Shown: positions 8,843-19,089 of the stretch, piece by piece
Numbering within the stretch: the first letter of the stretch is position 1
How the letters are laid out: every line of letters starts with the position of its first letter
DNA from: Snowella sp.
GTDB lineage: Bacteria > Cyanobacteriota > Cyanobacteriia > Cyanobacteriales > Microcystaceae
Reading direction: 5' to 3'
NCBI GenBank assembly: GCA_003249095.1
Contig: QBMS01000003.1
Span: 15,875 to 79,874, forward strand
DNA length: 64,000 bases
Translations under genes and position numbers: made by a program
Notes under the pieces: model-generated
The model's input: only the letters and a program-made list of their open reading frames with translations
The model's database searches: none
What the model was told of the DNA's origin: nothing

Positions 8843-11800
8843 ATGGTTGAACAAAGTGTTGTTTCTGAAACGAGCAAGTTAAATAAGGATTCCCTTCCTC
8901 CGATTGACTGGCAGCAACTCTGTCGGACGATGTTGGAAAAATCCTTGCCCTTGGATTCGGTGAATACCCAACCAGGGGAAACTCTACCAACGAGCCAGAA
9001 CGCCCCTTTATTTCTCAAAATCTTTTCTACGCAACAGGAAAATTTTCGACTTTCAGGGCCTCATCCCCAATTTAAGGATCATCACAGTGACGAAGAATTA
9101 CGGACCTATTCGCCCGCAGAATTACTCTACAAATTATTAGAATTAGACCTCTGTAGTCATCAGGGAAAACGTTTAGCGATTATCGGAGAAGGAGGAACGG
9201 GGAAAACCTTATTTCTGCGGCAAATTGCCCATTTGTTAATAGAAGGAAATCCCCTGGAGTCGCCCCAACAGGAGTTAAACCACTCTGACGAATTTTCTGT
9301 CCCCAGTAAAACAGAATCTTCAGAGATGGAAGCAATGTCCCAGGGTTCTCTGGTTGATCTGCTGAATTTCGATGAAGAAACAGAGTATTTTCCCGTTTGG
9401 ATTTCTCCCTTCCAATTAAAAACGCTTTCTCTCAAGGATTATTTATTGGGCCCTTGGCTACAACAAGCCATTCAGGAAAAAGAACCTGATCTGGAAATTT
9501 ATCGTAAATCTTTTGAGCAACTACTTAATACGGGGAAGGTTTGGATCTTAGCTGATGGCATCGATACTTTAGCCATAGAGTCAGAAAGTCCTATTAAGGT
9601 TGGCTCCCTTTCTGCTTTTGGGCGATCGCTTCAGGATTTTACGGAACCGATTAATCTGGTGTTGACCTGTCGCACTGAAACCTGGCAACTTGATCCCAAG
9701 GGCTTATCGGGATTTGACCGCTATCAAACGAAAAAACTCTCCTATCCGACGGAAGTAGAGGCGACCATTAAGCACTGGTTTGCCACCAATCAAAGGAGCA
9801 TCGGCAACAATCACCACGCGCATGATTCTAAAGAGGACAATCCAGAGGATTTGGGCAAAGAACTCTGTGAACTGCTGGCTAAACCCGACCAAGAATCCGT
9901 GCGCCCCTGGTTAAGCAATCCCCTCGCGTTGGTGTTGTGTTGTCGTTTTTGGCAAGGACGGCCCGATTTTTTTCCGAAAAATAGTGCGGAATTATATGAA
10001 CAATTAGTAGCCCAATTTTATCAGTGGAAAGCGGAACAATTGCCAACTTCGAGCCAACAACAGCAAGAATTGAATCAACAGTTGGGTGAATTGGCGAAAA
10101 AGATTTTATTGAAAAATCAGGGTTATACTCAACCGATCGCCCACGACGAGATCCAAGCTTGCTGGGGAGAAGAGGCCACTTTTCTACGGTTGTTTTTGAG
10201 ATTGGGCTGGTTAATTCCGAGGGGTTTGCTCCTAGTGCAAGCAACTTCTCCGTCCGAACTACCCATCATGGTCAATAAGCACTATGGGTTTTGCGATCGC
10301 ATCTTTCGAGATTATTTTGCGGCCTTGGCGATCGCCGATTGGCAGTTTTTCCTAGATATCCCAGAGCGCAACTATCGTTTATTTGAACCCCAATGGCAAA
10401 ATGTTCTTTTCTTCTGGTTTGGTCGTCCTGATGTTCATTCATCCCAAAAAGATGCTTTTATTAAGGCATTAATGACCTTTGAAGACAATTTTAGTGAACA
10501 TAATTTCTATGGAAAACGAGCCTATCTTTTGGCCGTCCAACTCCTGACAGAATTTCAAGAATGTATTTATCGAGAGATTTTATTAAATCAATTGAAAGAT
10601 TGGGCCGAAGGGAAAGAAAATGCGACCGCGACCTTTAAACAAAGTGCTAGGGCAATCCTAAGCCAAACCTATCGCCCCTTTGTCGTAGATTTATATTTAC
10701 AGGAATTGAAGAAAGCGAGTACCCAAGCAGATTATCAGCGAGTTGGTACGGCTCTCCTGCAATTTGCCAAGGGGAATCTCATCGCCATTGCCAGCATCGA
10801 AAACCAATTAACCCATTTTCCCCATTCTCCTTGGCGGTATGCCCTCGCCGAAACCCTGGGTTTAATTGATCCTGGCAATCAGAGAGCGATCGCTACTTTT
10901 ATTGAAATTTTAGACGACCCCCAAAATTCAGAAAATTGTCAAATTGCGTTGGCGGCACTGAATAAGATTGCCGTAGGAGATGACCAAGCCATTGCGGCCG
11001 TCGTGGAATTTCTCTCCTCTGAACTGAGTTCGACTCAACAACGTCAGGCCCTAAGCTGTTTAGAAACCATTGGTCAGGGGCATTCCCTGGCGATCGCCTA
11101 CCTATTGCAACGATTTCGGGTTTATCGAGGAGGTTCGCTTCGTTGTCAGACCGCCGAAAGTTTAGAAAAAATTGATCCAGGAAATCCCACGGCCATTTCG
11201 GTATTACTCCATCTTCTGCAACCGAGCCAAATGACAGAAATCCGTAAGCAAGCGATTTATAGTTTAGGAGAAACCTCTGCTAGTTATCCCCAAGCTATTA
11301 CGGCTCTGATCGATCTCTTACAGAGCGATGATGATATTTTTATTCGCTGGTTAGCTATCAGTAGTTTGACCAAAATTGGCGAGGGAAATCCTACGGTCAT
11401 TAAAGCTTTTGAAAACCTGATTGAAGAATCTCAAGATAATCTACAGTTAAAAGAAACAGGCTGGTTAATCAAAGAGGTGATGGAAGCCTTGGCGAAAATT
11501 GATCCGACTAATCCTGTTTTATTAAATTTTTTAGTTGATTTAATTCAGTCTGATATCAACTCAGAGGGAAATCAGGAAATTGCCGAAAGTCTGGGGAAAC
11601 TTGACCCTGGGAATCCCACCGCGATCGCCATGCTAGGACAGTTACTCAAGCCAAAAGAAGATGAATTTACCCAACGCCAGGCCGCGGCCAGCTTAGGCAA
11701 AATCGACTCTGGCAACCTAGAAGCCTTGATGATGTTGATTCATCTCTTACAGCAAAGTCTCAATCCTGATATTCGTCGTTTATCTGCCCAAAGTTTGGGT

Positions 11801-12688
11801 GACATTACTCCCCACAATGCCGCCGCGATCGCGGCCCTCATTCGGACGGCCTTAATTACCCCTGACAAAGAAACCCGTCGAGCATCGATCAAGAGTTTAG
11901 GGAAAATTGGACTAGGCAATCGAGAAGTTTGTCAAACCTTGATTGATCTCTTGCGGGTGCAATCTCATCAAAATCTACACTCAGAAATTGCCGAAAATCT
12001 GATTAAAATTTTGTCCCGTCCCCTCATGCCCTTTGTCATTCATCCCCTCAAGGAATCTTTACTGAATACGGTTTATCAACAAGATCTTGCCCTCTATGAT
12101 ATTTTTTGGCATTGCGTCCAATCCCTCTCCTACGAAACGTTTTATCAGGCCTGGTACCAACTTCCCCTAGATGCAACCCCCGCACCATCCCAGGATTCTC
12201 TCGCTGCGATCACTCCGTCCCCCTCTACGGCCGAATCCGCAAAAGACAAATTGAATTTACGAGAGGATTTGTTTCGAGAAATCCAGAATCATTCTCCCTT
12301 AGCGTCTTTGATTCAAGTCATTTGGATTGATTGCAGTCAGTTTTTAGTGCCTGATGAGCCGCTCATTGATATTTATGATCAAATGCTGGCCCAAAATTGT
12401 CCCGAATTTGAAAATGGGGTTCCCGATAATCTGGCTAAATTGCGTCTCTATTGGCGATTAATCCAGCGAAATCGTTCTGATTGTGCCTATATTTGGTTAT
12501 TCGATCATTCTTCTCCGAATTGTTCTCCTTTTTCCTCGGAATTTTTAGAAAAACTCAAAACTTTTCAGGGAAATATTGCCCTCATTAGTGACCAACCCAA
12601 TAATCCCCTCGTCAATTTTTCTCCCCATTCTCCCGAATTAATTGCAACAATTATTGAATGGATCAAAGTTCAAATTAACAAATTCTAA
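8843..12688 (+). CDS. STAND (NACHT-like) P-loop NTPase with a C-terminal HEAT/PBS-lyase-like repeat array
   Basis: 1281 aa. Walker A is IIGEGGTGKT and Walker B-like is VWILADGID. About 11 repeats follow of the form (E/A)SLGKIDPGNPTAIxxLxxLL. The N-terminal ~100 aa and C-terminal ~200 aa are unassigned. Confidence 0.85.
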   Translation: MVEQSVVSETSKLNKDSLPPIDWQQLCRTMLEKSLPLDSVNTQPGETLPTSQNAPLFLKIFSTQQENFRLSGPHPQFKDHHSDEELRTYSPAELLYKLLELDLCSHQGKRLAIIGEGGTGKTLFLRQIAHLLIEGNPLESPQQELNHSDEFSVPSKTESSEMEAMSQGSLVDLLNFDEETEYFPVWISPFQLKTLSLKDYLLGPWLQQAIQEKEPDLEIYRKSFEQLLNTGKVWILADGIDTLAIESESPIKVGSLSAFGRSLQDFTEPINLVLTCRTETWQLDPKGLSGFDRYQTKKLSYPTEVEATIKHWFATNQRSIGNNHHAHDSKEDNPEDLGKELCELLAKPDQESVRPWLSNPLALVLCCRFWQGRPDFFPKNSAELYEQLVAQFYQWKAEQLPTSSQQQQELNQQLGELAKKILLKNQGYTQPIAHDEIQACWGEEATFLRLFLRLGWLIPRGLLLVQATSPSELPIMVNKHYGFCDRIFRDYFAALAIADWQFFLDIPERNYRLFEPQWQNVLFFWFGRPDVHSSQKDAFIKALMTFEDNFSEHNFYGKRAYLLAVQLLTEFQECIYREILLNQLKDWAEGKENATATFKQSARAILSQTYRPFVVDLYLQELKKASTQADYQRVGTALLQFAKGNLIAIASIENQLTHFPHSPWRYALAETLGLIDPGNQRAIATFIEILDDPQNSENCQIALAALNKIAVGDDQAIAAVVEFLSSELSSTQQRQALSCLETIGQGHSLAIAYLLQRFRVYRGGSLRCQTAESLEKIDPGNPTAISVLLHLLQPSQMTEIRKQAIYSLGETSASYPQAITALIDLLQSDDDIFIRWLAISSLTKIGEGNPTVIKAFENLIEESQDNLQLKETGWLIKEVMEALAKIDPTNPVLLNFLVDLIQSDINSEGNQEIAESLGKLDPGNPTAIAMLGQLLKPKEDEFTQRQAAASLGKIDSGNLEALMMLIHLLQQSLNPDIRRLSAQSLGDITPHNAAAIAALIRTALITPDKETRRASIKSLGKIGLGNREVCQTLIDLLRVQSHQNLHSEIAENLIKILSRPLMPFVIHPLKESLLNTVYQQDLALYDIFWHCVQSLSYETFYQAWYQLPLDATPAPSQDSLAAITPSPSTAESAKDKLNLREDLFREIQNHSPLASLIQVIWIDCSQFLVPDEPLIDIYDQMLAQNCPEFENGVPDNLAKLRLYWRLIQRNRSDCAYIWLFDHSSPNCSPFSSEFLEKLKTFQGNIALISDQPNNPLVNFSPHSPELIATIIEWIKVQINKF

Positions 12689-12700
12689 TATTTATTGCCC

Positions 12701-13192
12701 ATGCCGATTGTCCCTTCTCCCGCATTGACGAACGATCATTTTCATATCGGTTTTGCCCCCCTTTCCTTGGATGAGGTCTATCAACTCGCTGATGACCCCC
12801 GCAATGGAGCGATCGCCTTAATGAGTGGAACTGTTCGGCAACAAACCGATGGTAAAGCTGTGCGGTATTTAGAATATCAGGCCTATGAACCCATGGCCAT
12901 CCATATATTCCGCCAAATATCAGATCAAATTCGGCAACAATGGCCCGATACGAACCGCATCGTCATTCACCATCGAGTGGGTAGCCTAGAAATTGGAGAG
13001 ATTAGTGTATTGATTGCGGTTGGTTGTCCCCATCGCAGTGAAGCTTTTGCTGCCTGTCGCTATGCTATCGATACCCTTAAACATCAAGCCCCCATTTGGA
13101 AAAAAGAGCATTGGCTGGATGGTTCGAGTACCTGGGTGAGTATTGGAGCCTGTGAGGACAATCATGGGACAGAAATGCCGCTCAATCTTTAA
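12701..13192 (+). CDS. moaE: molybdopterin synthase catalytic subunit MoaE
   Basis: MoaE-like (GAIALMSGTVR, LEYQAYEPMA, IHHRVGSLEIGEISVLIAV, APIWKKE). The ATG at 12701 is preferred over the TTG at 12695. Confidence 0.85.
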   Translation: MPIVPSPALTNDHFHIGFAPLSLDEVYQLADDPRNGAIALMSGTVRQQTDGKAVRYLEYQAYEPMAIHIFRQISDQIRQQWPDTNRIVIHHRVGSLEIGEISVLIAVGCPHRSEAFAACRYAIDTLKHQAPIWKKEHWLDGSSTWVSIGACEDNHGTEMPLNL

Positions 13193-13229
13193 ATTCAAAA
13201 ATGCGATGGCGCAGACACACTAAAAAAAA

Positions 13230-13406
13230 TTAAATTAAATCTAGTTGATGACAAATAATCGCTGACAGAGTCGCGATCGCGGTGATACCTAGTGCAATAA
13301 TCGGATGCTGTCCCTGGGCAACGGCGAAGGTTGTGACGATACCTGCACCAATCCCTGCCGTTAGTGCCGCACTGAGATAATCCTTATCCTGATTGCTTTT
13401 ATACAT
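13230..13406 (-). CDS. possible 58-aa two-helix membrane peptide (below the ORF-track cutoff)
   Basis: Hand translation: MYKSNQDKDYLSAALTAGIGAGIVTTFAVAQGQHPIIALGITAIATLSAIICHQLDLI, ATG to TAA. It sits in an otherwise empty 300-bp gap and has Gly/Ala-rich hydrophobic segments. Confidence 0.35.
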   Translation of the reverse strand: MYKSNQDKDYLSAALTAGIGAGIVTTFAVAQGQHPIIALGITAIATLSAIICHQLDLI

Positions 13407-13499
13407 AGCTAAACCAAATTGGCCAAATATAAGAATGTTCTAAACGATAACATCTCTCTTGGGATTAGTTTAAAAATCGCAATCAAGCTTTAAATTTAG

Positions 13500-14405
13500 C
13501 TAACTTTCTTTACAATTCTCTACAGATTTTTCTCGTACCCAATCGCGGATCAATTGATTGACTTGTTCAGGAATTTCATCGTGGGGACAGTGACCTGCCT
13601 GTAGGTAATATTCCGTTAAGTTTTGATAATATTGCTTAAACTTCTCGCCTCTTTCTTTACATTTCATCCAGGGATCACCCTCTCCCCACAACATCAATAA
13701 AGGACAATTGACCGATGCTAATAATTTATCGACTGAATCACCCTGGGGCGTTTTAAAAACCGAGGCAAATACCTGGGGCGCACCCCGATCGCAGGAAGGA
13801 CGATAAATATCTTCCACTAACTGATCCGTGACTGCCGATTGATCAAGATAAACTTTTTCGAGGGTTTTACGAATATTTTGACGACGACGGACGTATTGGA
13901 ATAATAAATAACTCGCCCAGGATTGCAACAAGACCGTGCGGATCAATTTTTGAATCGGATTAGATTTACTCGCGGCCAACGCATCACTAAAAGGCCCTGC
14001 ACTATTAAGCAAAATCAGTCCTTTCGCTGAATCAGGATGATAAGACGCTAAACAAAGAGAAGAATATCCGCCCAGAGAATTACCCGCTAAAACGGCTGGT
14101 TGTTGAATCACTTCAGTAATAAAAGCCTGTAGTTGGTCTCGCCACAGATCGCCGCCATACTGTAAGACAGGTTTAGCAGAACGCCCAAAACCTAATAAGT
14201 CGATCGCCCAAACTTCAAATTCTTTCTGAAGTTCCGCAATATTTTTTCGCCAATGATCCGTTGAAGCCCCAAATCCATGTACCAAAAGTAAAGGAGGCAG
14301 ACCTTCTCGGCGATCGCCCGACTTCACATAATAAATATCGTGTCCCTGCCACTGCCAATAGTTTCCAATATCCGTACTATTATGATTTAAGGTAGTCGTT
14401 TGCAT
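13500..14405 (-). CDS. alpha/beta-fold hydrolase
   Basis: HGFGAS oxyanion motif, nucleophile elbow GNSLGG, and a C-terminal GHCPHDE His motif. Confidence 0.85.
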   Translation of the reverse strand: MQTTTLNHNSTDIGNYWQWQGHDIYYVKSGDRREGLPPLLLVHGFGASTDHWRKNIAELQKEFEVWAIDLLGFGRSAKPVLQYGGDLWRDQLQAFITEVIQQPAVLAGNSLGGYSSLCLASYHPDSAKGLILLNSAGPFSDALAASKSNPIQKLIRTVLLQSWASYLLFQYVRRRQNIRKTLEKVYLDQSAVTDQLVEDIYRPSCDRGAPQVFASVFKTPQGDSVDKLLASVNCPLLMLWGEGDPWMKCKERGEKFKQYYQNLTEYYLQAGHCPHDEIPEQVNQLIRDWVREKSVENCKES

Positions 14406-14504
14406 AAAGTTGATTTTTTAGCCGTAGGTTTCGATATCAGACTGTTATATTAAGTTACGTTAACAAAAATAATGCTGATAACGATAGAGGCGAACCATAA
14501 ATTC

Positions 14505-15122
14505 ATGAATTATCTCATCTTGGCTGGTTTATTATTGCTCTCCCCCATCCCGCAAATTTCCCCTTCTATTGCCCCATCGTCTCCCGTCACCCTCATGGCT
14601 CAATATAATCCGAATCAAATTAGTTTTGAAGACGCGATCGTCGAAACCCAAGCCTTACTGGAAAAAATGGCGAGCAAATCGATCCCCGATTCCGAAATTC
14701 AAATAACCATTACTAACTTAGTACAAACCCAAACTGGAGCTAGGGGATTTTTCGTAACCTATCTAACGGACGAAAGACCCTTTATCGATTCCCCATCCAA
14801 AGGCATTATCAATGCTCTGCAATCTTCCCCTGACATTGTTGGAGAGTTATTGGTAAAAAATTTAGTCATGTCCTCAGCGATGGTACTAACCCACCGCCGT
14901 AACAAGGATGAAGTAATGGCAAAAGGTTCCGAGCAAGTCCGCGATCGCACCTTATATTTAATCAAATCTGTTAAATTACCGATTGTTAATGAAAAACTCC
15001 AGGAAATGGAAAAATCTTTAACCACAGGGCAAGGAGAATATGAAGCTTTTTTGGAACGCTGGGGCTATGATGCCGAGCAGAAAAAAGTCATGAAGTCAGC
15101 CATTCTTCAAGTGAAGCATTGA
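14505..15122 (+). CDS. hypothetical exported protein
   Basis: The ORF has a signal-like N-terminus (MNYLILAGLLLLSPIP) from the ATG at 14505; the ORF track starts 33 nt earlier. No family recognised. Confidence 0.6.
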   Translation: MNYLILAGLLLLSPIPQISPSIAPSSPVTLMAQYNPNQISFEDAIVETQALLEKMASKSIPDSEIQITITNLVQTQTGARGFFVTYLTDERPFIDSPSKGIINALQSSPDIVGELLVKNLVMSSAMVLTHRRNKDEVMAKGSEQVRDRTLYLIKSVKLPIVNEKLQEMEKSLTTGQGEYEAFLERWGYDAEQKKVMKSAILQVKH

Positions 15123-15269
15123 ACTAAAAAGAATTTATTGCTTGTGAATCAACTTTTTCATCATGGATCGATAATAGTAGTTTTTACCATAAATATTTAG
15201 TGGAGGATTTAGTTCATAAATTGTAGTTTATAAAAAAATTTTCTAAAAACTTTAGAGGGTTTAGATTCT

Positions 15270-16283
15270 CTAGGAAATTTGGGTCTTTGTTAATTTAGGT
15301 CGTTTTAAATATAATTCAGCAGTAATGATTGCCAAAATAGTAATCATTAAACTCAAGATAGAACCTATTGCTCCAAACGAAAAAGTCAAAATTGCGATCA
15401 CAATCGTTAAACCTGAATAGGTCAAGGCGACTTGAGGATGACTCCACCCTGATTGTTGTAAACGCTGAAAAATATGAGTGCGATGTGCCTGAAAAATATT
15501 TTCACGACGACCTAAACGGATAAATAATGTGTAAATAGTATCTGCTGTGATCGGTAAAGTAATCGCTAAACTCGACCAGCCTACAGTAACATCATTGGTT
15601 TGAATTAAGGCGATCGCAATAGACGCACCTAAAACCGTACTACCCACATCTCCCATAAAAATTTTTGCAGGCGACCAATTCCACCACAAAAAGCCTAAAA
15701 GAGCGATGATTAGTAACCACCAAATCGGTTGATTCAGATACAGAGCAATAAAACTCAACTGGAGGGCGGTGACACTGGCAACAATACCGTCTAAGCCATC
15801 CATAAAGTTATAAAAATTAATAAGGGCAGTAAAACCAATAACGGTTAATAATCCCGCAAAGATAATACCAATCGTCCCAAAATTTGTTAACCAAGGCTGA
15901 GGAAAAATACCATAATGAAGAATTGCTAAAACTGCAACACCAAGCTGTACTCCATAGCGGACAAGAGACGGTAAATTGTAGCGATCATCTAAAAAACCAA
16001 TGGCGGCGAGAGGGAAGAGACTTAAGCCTAAAAAGGGATCAGCTTGAACAGGTAAATTTGGAAAAAAAGAGATAAAAATAAGTCCAATGGCAAAGGCGAG
16101 CAGAAATCCTAAACCGCCCCCCCTGGGCGTTGGTTGAACATGAGAACTGCGATCATTGGGAATATCCATCAAGCTTTTTTTAAGGGCATAACGACGAACC
16201 AAACCCGTGAGAGCTAGGGATGAAACAAATATTAGAGATAATAATAGACTGAAGTTTAGGGTCAGGGAAAAATTGCTCATCAC
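15270..16283 (-). CDS. polyprenyl-phosphate sugar-1-phosphate transferase (MraY/WecA/WbpL family, GT4 fold), likely initiating enzyme
   Basis: 337-aa polytopic membrane protein with the family motifs DDRYNL, NFYNFMDGLDG and GDVGS. Confidence 0.85.
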   Translation of the reverse strand: MMSNFSLTLNFSLLLSLIFVSSLALTGLVRRYALKKSLMDIPNDRSSHVQPTPRGGGLGFLLAFAIGLIFISFFPNLPVQADPFLGLSLFPLAAIGFLDDRYNLPSLVRYGVQLGVAVLAILHYGIFPQPWLTNFGTIGIIFAGLLTVIGFTALINFYNFMDGLDGIVASVTALQLSFIALYLNQPIWWLLIIALLGFLWWNWSPAKIFMGDVGSTVLGASIAIALIQTNDVTVGWSSLAITLPITADTIYTLFIRLGRRENIFQAHRTHIFQRLQQSGWSHPQVALTYSGLTIVIAILTFSFGAIGSILSLMITILAIITAELYLKRPKLTKTQIS

Positions 16284-16349
16284 TACTCATTTAATGTCTC
16301 AGATTCTTGCGGACATCAGATAACGTTTAAATAAATTGAATAATACTAG

Positions 16350-17297
16350 CTATCTACTTTTAAACCAATCTGCCGTTGCTTGTAAGCCCTGGTCAACGGT
16401 ATAGGGCGGTGTCCAATCTAACATCTGACGAATTTTACTACTATCAACTCGTAAAGAACCTAATAGGCGATCGCCGATATCAGCTTTACCTAGTAGCTTT
16501 GTGGTTAAACGTAGTAATTCAGGAGGAATGGGGAGAAGTAACGGTGACTTTCCCAAAGCTTTGCCCAGACGATGAATCAAATCAGTTGTAGAGAGATCAT
16601 CACCATCGCTAACAACGAAAGTTTGGTTTTTGGCGTTTGGATGATCGAGACAGGTAATAATTGCATCAACCAAATTACCAACAAAAAGTATGGATCTAGC
16701 GTTATTTATTGCACCAAAAGGAAGGGGAATACTTTTGTCAATAATTTTCAACAACTGTAAAAAATTAGCTTTAACATTAGGGCCATAAATAAGCGGAGGC
16801 CGAATAATAACAACTTCTAATCCAGTCTCTTGGGCTAATTTTAACAAACCTTGCTCTGCTTCCCATTTGCTTTGCCCATAGGGATCAATAGGATTGGGAG
16901 TATCTTTCTCTGAATAAGGATGGATTAGACCTTCACCATTAACCTTGATAGAACTGAGATAGATAAATCGTCTTACTCCATTTTCTGCGGCCTGCTTGGC
17001 TAAGGATATAGCTGCTTTTGTATTTATTTCTCGGTACGCATCTAAGGCATTGGGAGAATTATCGTTCATCTGATGAACTCTAGCAGCCAAGTAAATAACC
17101 ACTTCCGTATTAGCTAATTGCTCTGTCGGCAAGGCATTCCTTAGAGAATTAATTAGAATAGGTTTAATTTCAGCAGGCAGTTTTTCTTTATCCTCAACAC
17201 TGCGTATTGTTGCTGAGATTATGTTATTTTCACTTACTAGGCGATTACAAAGAGGTTGACCAACAAAACCTGTTGCACCTGTTATAAGAATATTCAT
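16350..17297 (-). CDS. NAD-dependent nucleotide-sugar epimerase/dehydratase (extended SDR)
   Basis: ILITGATGFVG Rossmann motif and catalytic YGQSK. The ATG at 17297 is preferred over the TTG at 17315. Confidence 0.85.
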   Translation of the reverse strand: MNILITGATGFVGQPLCNRLVSENNIISATIRSVEDKEKLPAEIKPILINSLRNALPTEQLANTEVVIYLAARVHQMNDNSPNALDAYREINTKAAISLAKQAAENGVRRFIYLSSIKVNGEGLIHPYSEKDTPNPIDPYGQSKWEAEQGLLKLAQETGLEVVIIRPPLIYGPNVKANFLQLLKIIDKSIPLPFGAINNARSILFVGNLVDAIITCLDHPNAKNQTFVVSDGDDLSTTDLIHRLGKALGKSPLLLPIPPELLRLTTKLLGKADIGDRLLGSLRVDSSKIRQMLDWTPPYTVDQGLQATADWFKSR

Positions 17298-17301
17298 TAG
17301 G

Positions 17302-18051
17302 TTACTTACGAACAAGTTGGAAAATCTTAGTAAAGTATTTTAGAAGAACTTTTGGCATATTGGTTTGTATTCCATTTTCTCGACAGGCTCTAACAATTTC
17401 TTTATTTAAAATCCAGTTGCTTTTAAAATTGGCACTACTCACGCCGCCAGTTCTCATTTTGACAAATACTTTAGGAATATAACTATAAGAAATATCGTAT
17501 TTAGCCATAAAACGAGTTAATATCTCATAGTCAGCCGCAATTTTATAATCGATTTTAAAATTGCCATACTTTTCATAAACTTCTCTTTTAAGAAAGCAAC
17601 TTGGATGAGCAGGCATCCACCCCCAAGCAAACTTGTTCGGATGAAAATTAGCGGAACTATAGTATCGAGTAATTTTATCTAAATTTTCAGGCTTTACAAA
17701 AACAATATCACCAAAAACTAAATCAGCTTGTGTTTTTTTAAATTCATTGACAACTTCAGAGATTATATTATTATTTGCATAAAAATCATCAGAGTTAAGA
17801 ATTCCAATAATGTCTCCAGTTGCTAGTTTTAATCCTTTATTCATTGCATCGTAAATTCCTTTGTCTGGCTCAGAGATAAATTTATCTATTTTGTCACCAT
17901 ATTTTTTAATTTCTTCAATAGTTCCATCTGTTGAGCCTCCATCAATGATAATATGTTCAATAGTTGGATAGTTTTGATTAACAATAGATTCTATTGCATA
18001 GTCAATAGTAAATTTATTGTTATAAACAACTGTAATAATAGAGATTTTCAT
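17302..18051 (-). CDS. family 2 glycosyltransferase
   Basis: ISIITVVYNN...IIDGGSTDGT...NSDD, a typical GT-A/GT2 N-terminal signature. Confidence 0.85.
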   Translation of the reverse strand: MKISIITVVYNNKFTIDYAIESIVNQNYPTIEHIIIDGGSTDGTIEEIKKYGDKIDKFISEPDKGIYDAMNKGLKLATGDIIGILNSDDFYANNNIISEVVNEFKKTQADLVFGDIVFVKPENLDKITRYYSSANFHPNKFAWGWMPAHPSCFLKREVYEKYGNFKIDYKIAADYEILTRFMAKYDISYSYIPKVFVKMRTGGVSSANFKSNWILNKEIVRACRENGIQTNMPKVLLKYFTKIFQLVRK

Positions 18052-18108
18052 TAATTTTTATTTTCAACACACATACACATCAGTTTTTATCAATAAAGAT
18101 CTACTAAG

Positions 18109-19089
18109 CTAAGTAATAATTTTTTCATTTTTTAACCAAATTACTAACTCTTTAACACCTTCTTCAATGCTAAACGGTAACTCTCCACAAATTTTCTCTG
18201 TTTCAGATAAATCAAAAGTGTATTCAGTTAAAATATTATTTAGTCTAAAAGTATTAAACGGAAATTTTTTTACTCCAATTGTTGACAAGATGTCTCCGAA
18301 TATTGCCAAAAAACGCATTAATCCTTCAGGGTAAGTTGGAACTGGTTTAGCTCCCATCTCTTCCTGTATTAAATCTATCCAATGATGTAAAGAAATAGGA
18401 CTATAATCAGCTAAGTAAAAAGTTTTTTTATTAATTAATTCTGACGGGGATTCCATTAGCATTTTATATTGATAAACAATATTACCGATATAGCTATAAG
18501 ACTTGTATAAAGATGAGTTTCCAATATGAAAATAACGTCCTTGATTAACCATTTTTAAAAAGCGTTGATAATGAGAACTCATTCCTGGTCCCCAAACAGT
18601 CGTAGGCCTGACAATGCACCATTCTACTCCTCCCCCATCATTTTCTCTAACAATTTTTTCAGTTAAAACTTTACTTTCACCGTAAAGATTATTAGGGTTA
18701 TATTCATTTTCATCTTTCGGAACATAGCCAACTTTACAAACAAGTTGTGAAGAAGTAAAAATACATCGTTTGACACTCGGAGTTTGACGAATAGCCGCTA
18801 TTAAATTTTCTACTCCATCAATGTTGCTTGCATATCCTCGGATATCTTTTGTTTCATTTAAGTCAGTACGAGCAGCAAGATGGAATATAAAATCAGGTTG
18901 AAACTGTTGAACCGTGGTAATAAGATTGCCTAATTCTAGGAGATCGGTTTGTTTAAAAAAGGGTAAATATTGATTGTCCTGAGGGGGGACAATATCAATG
19001 CCGAGAACATTTAGGTCTTGCTTTATAAGGAAGTGCAACAGATGATTTCCAATAAATCCAGAAGTTCCAGTAATTAAAATTTTGGTCAT
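18109..19089 (-). CDS. NAD-dependent nucleotide-sugar epimerase/dehydratase (extended SDR)
   Basis: ILITGTSGFIG Rossmann motif and YGESK catalytic motif. It overlaps the upstream gene by 4 nt (ATGA). Confidence 0.85.
   Translation of the reverse strand: MTKILITGTSGFIGNHLLHFLIKQDLNVLGIDIVPPQDNQYLPFFKQTDLLELGNLITTVQQFQPDFIFHLAARTDLNETKDIRGYASNIDGVENLIAAIRQTPSVKRCIFTSSQLVCKVGYVPKDENEYNPNNLYGESKVLTEKIVRENDGGGVEWCIVRPTTVWGPGMSSHYQRFLKMVNQGRYFHIGNSSLYKSYSYIGNIVYQYKMLMESPSELINKKTFYLADYSPISLHHWIDLIQEEMGAKPVPTYPEGLMRFLAIFGDILSTIGVKKFPFNTFRLNNILTEYTFDLSETEKICGELPFSIEEGVKELVIWLKNEKIIT

Noticed and set aside
8806-12330. Antisense or alternative-frame ORFs inside the STAND gene (8806-9018, 9160-9435, 9704-9892, 9879-10244, 12106-12330)
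   Set aside because: They are short, have odd composition (Arg/Ser/Pro-rich), and are fully embedded in a long ORF with clear domain signatures. These are typical shadow ORFs. The same reasoning applies to the other embedded ORFs in the track, for example 27-468, 1870-2584, 4530-4823 and 51118-51886.
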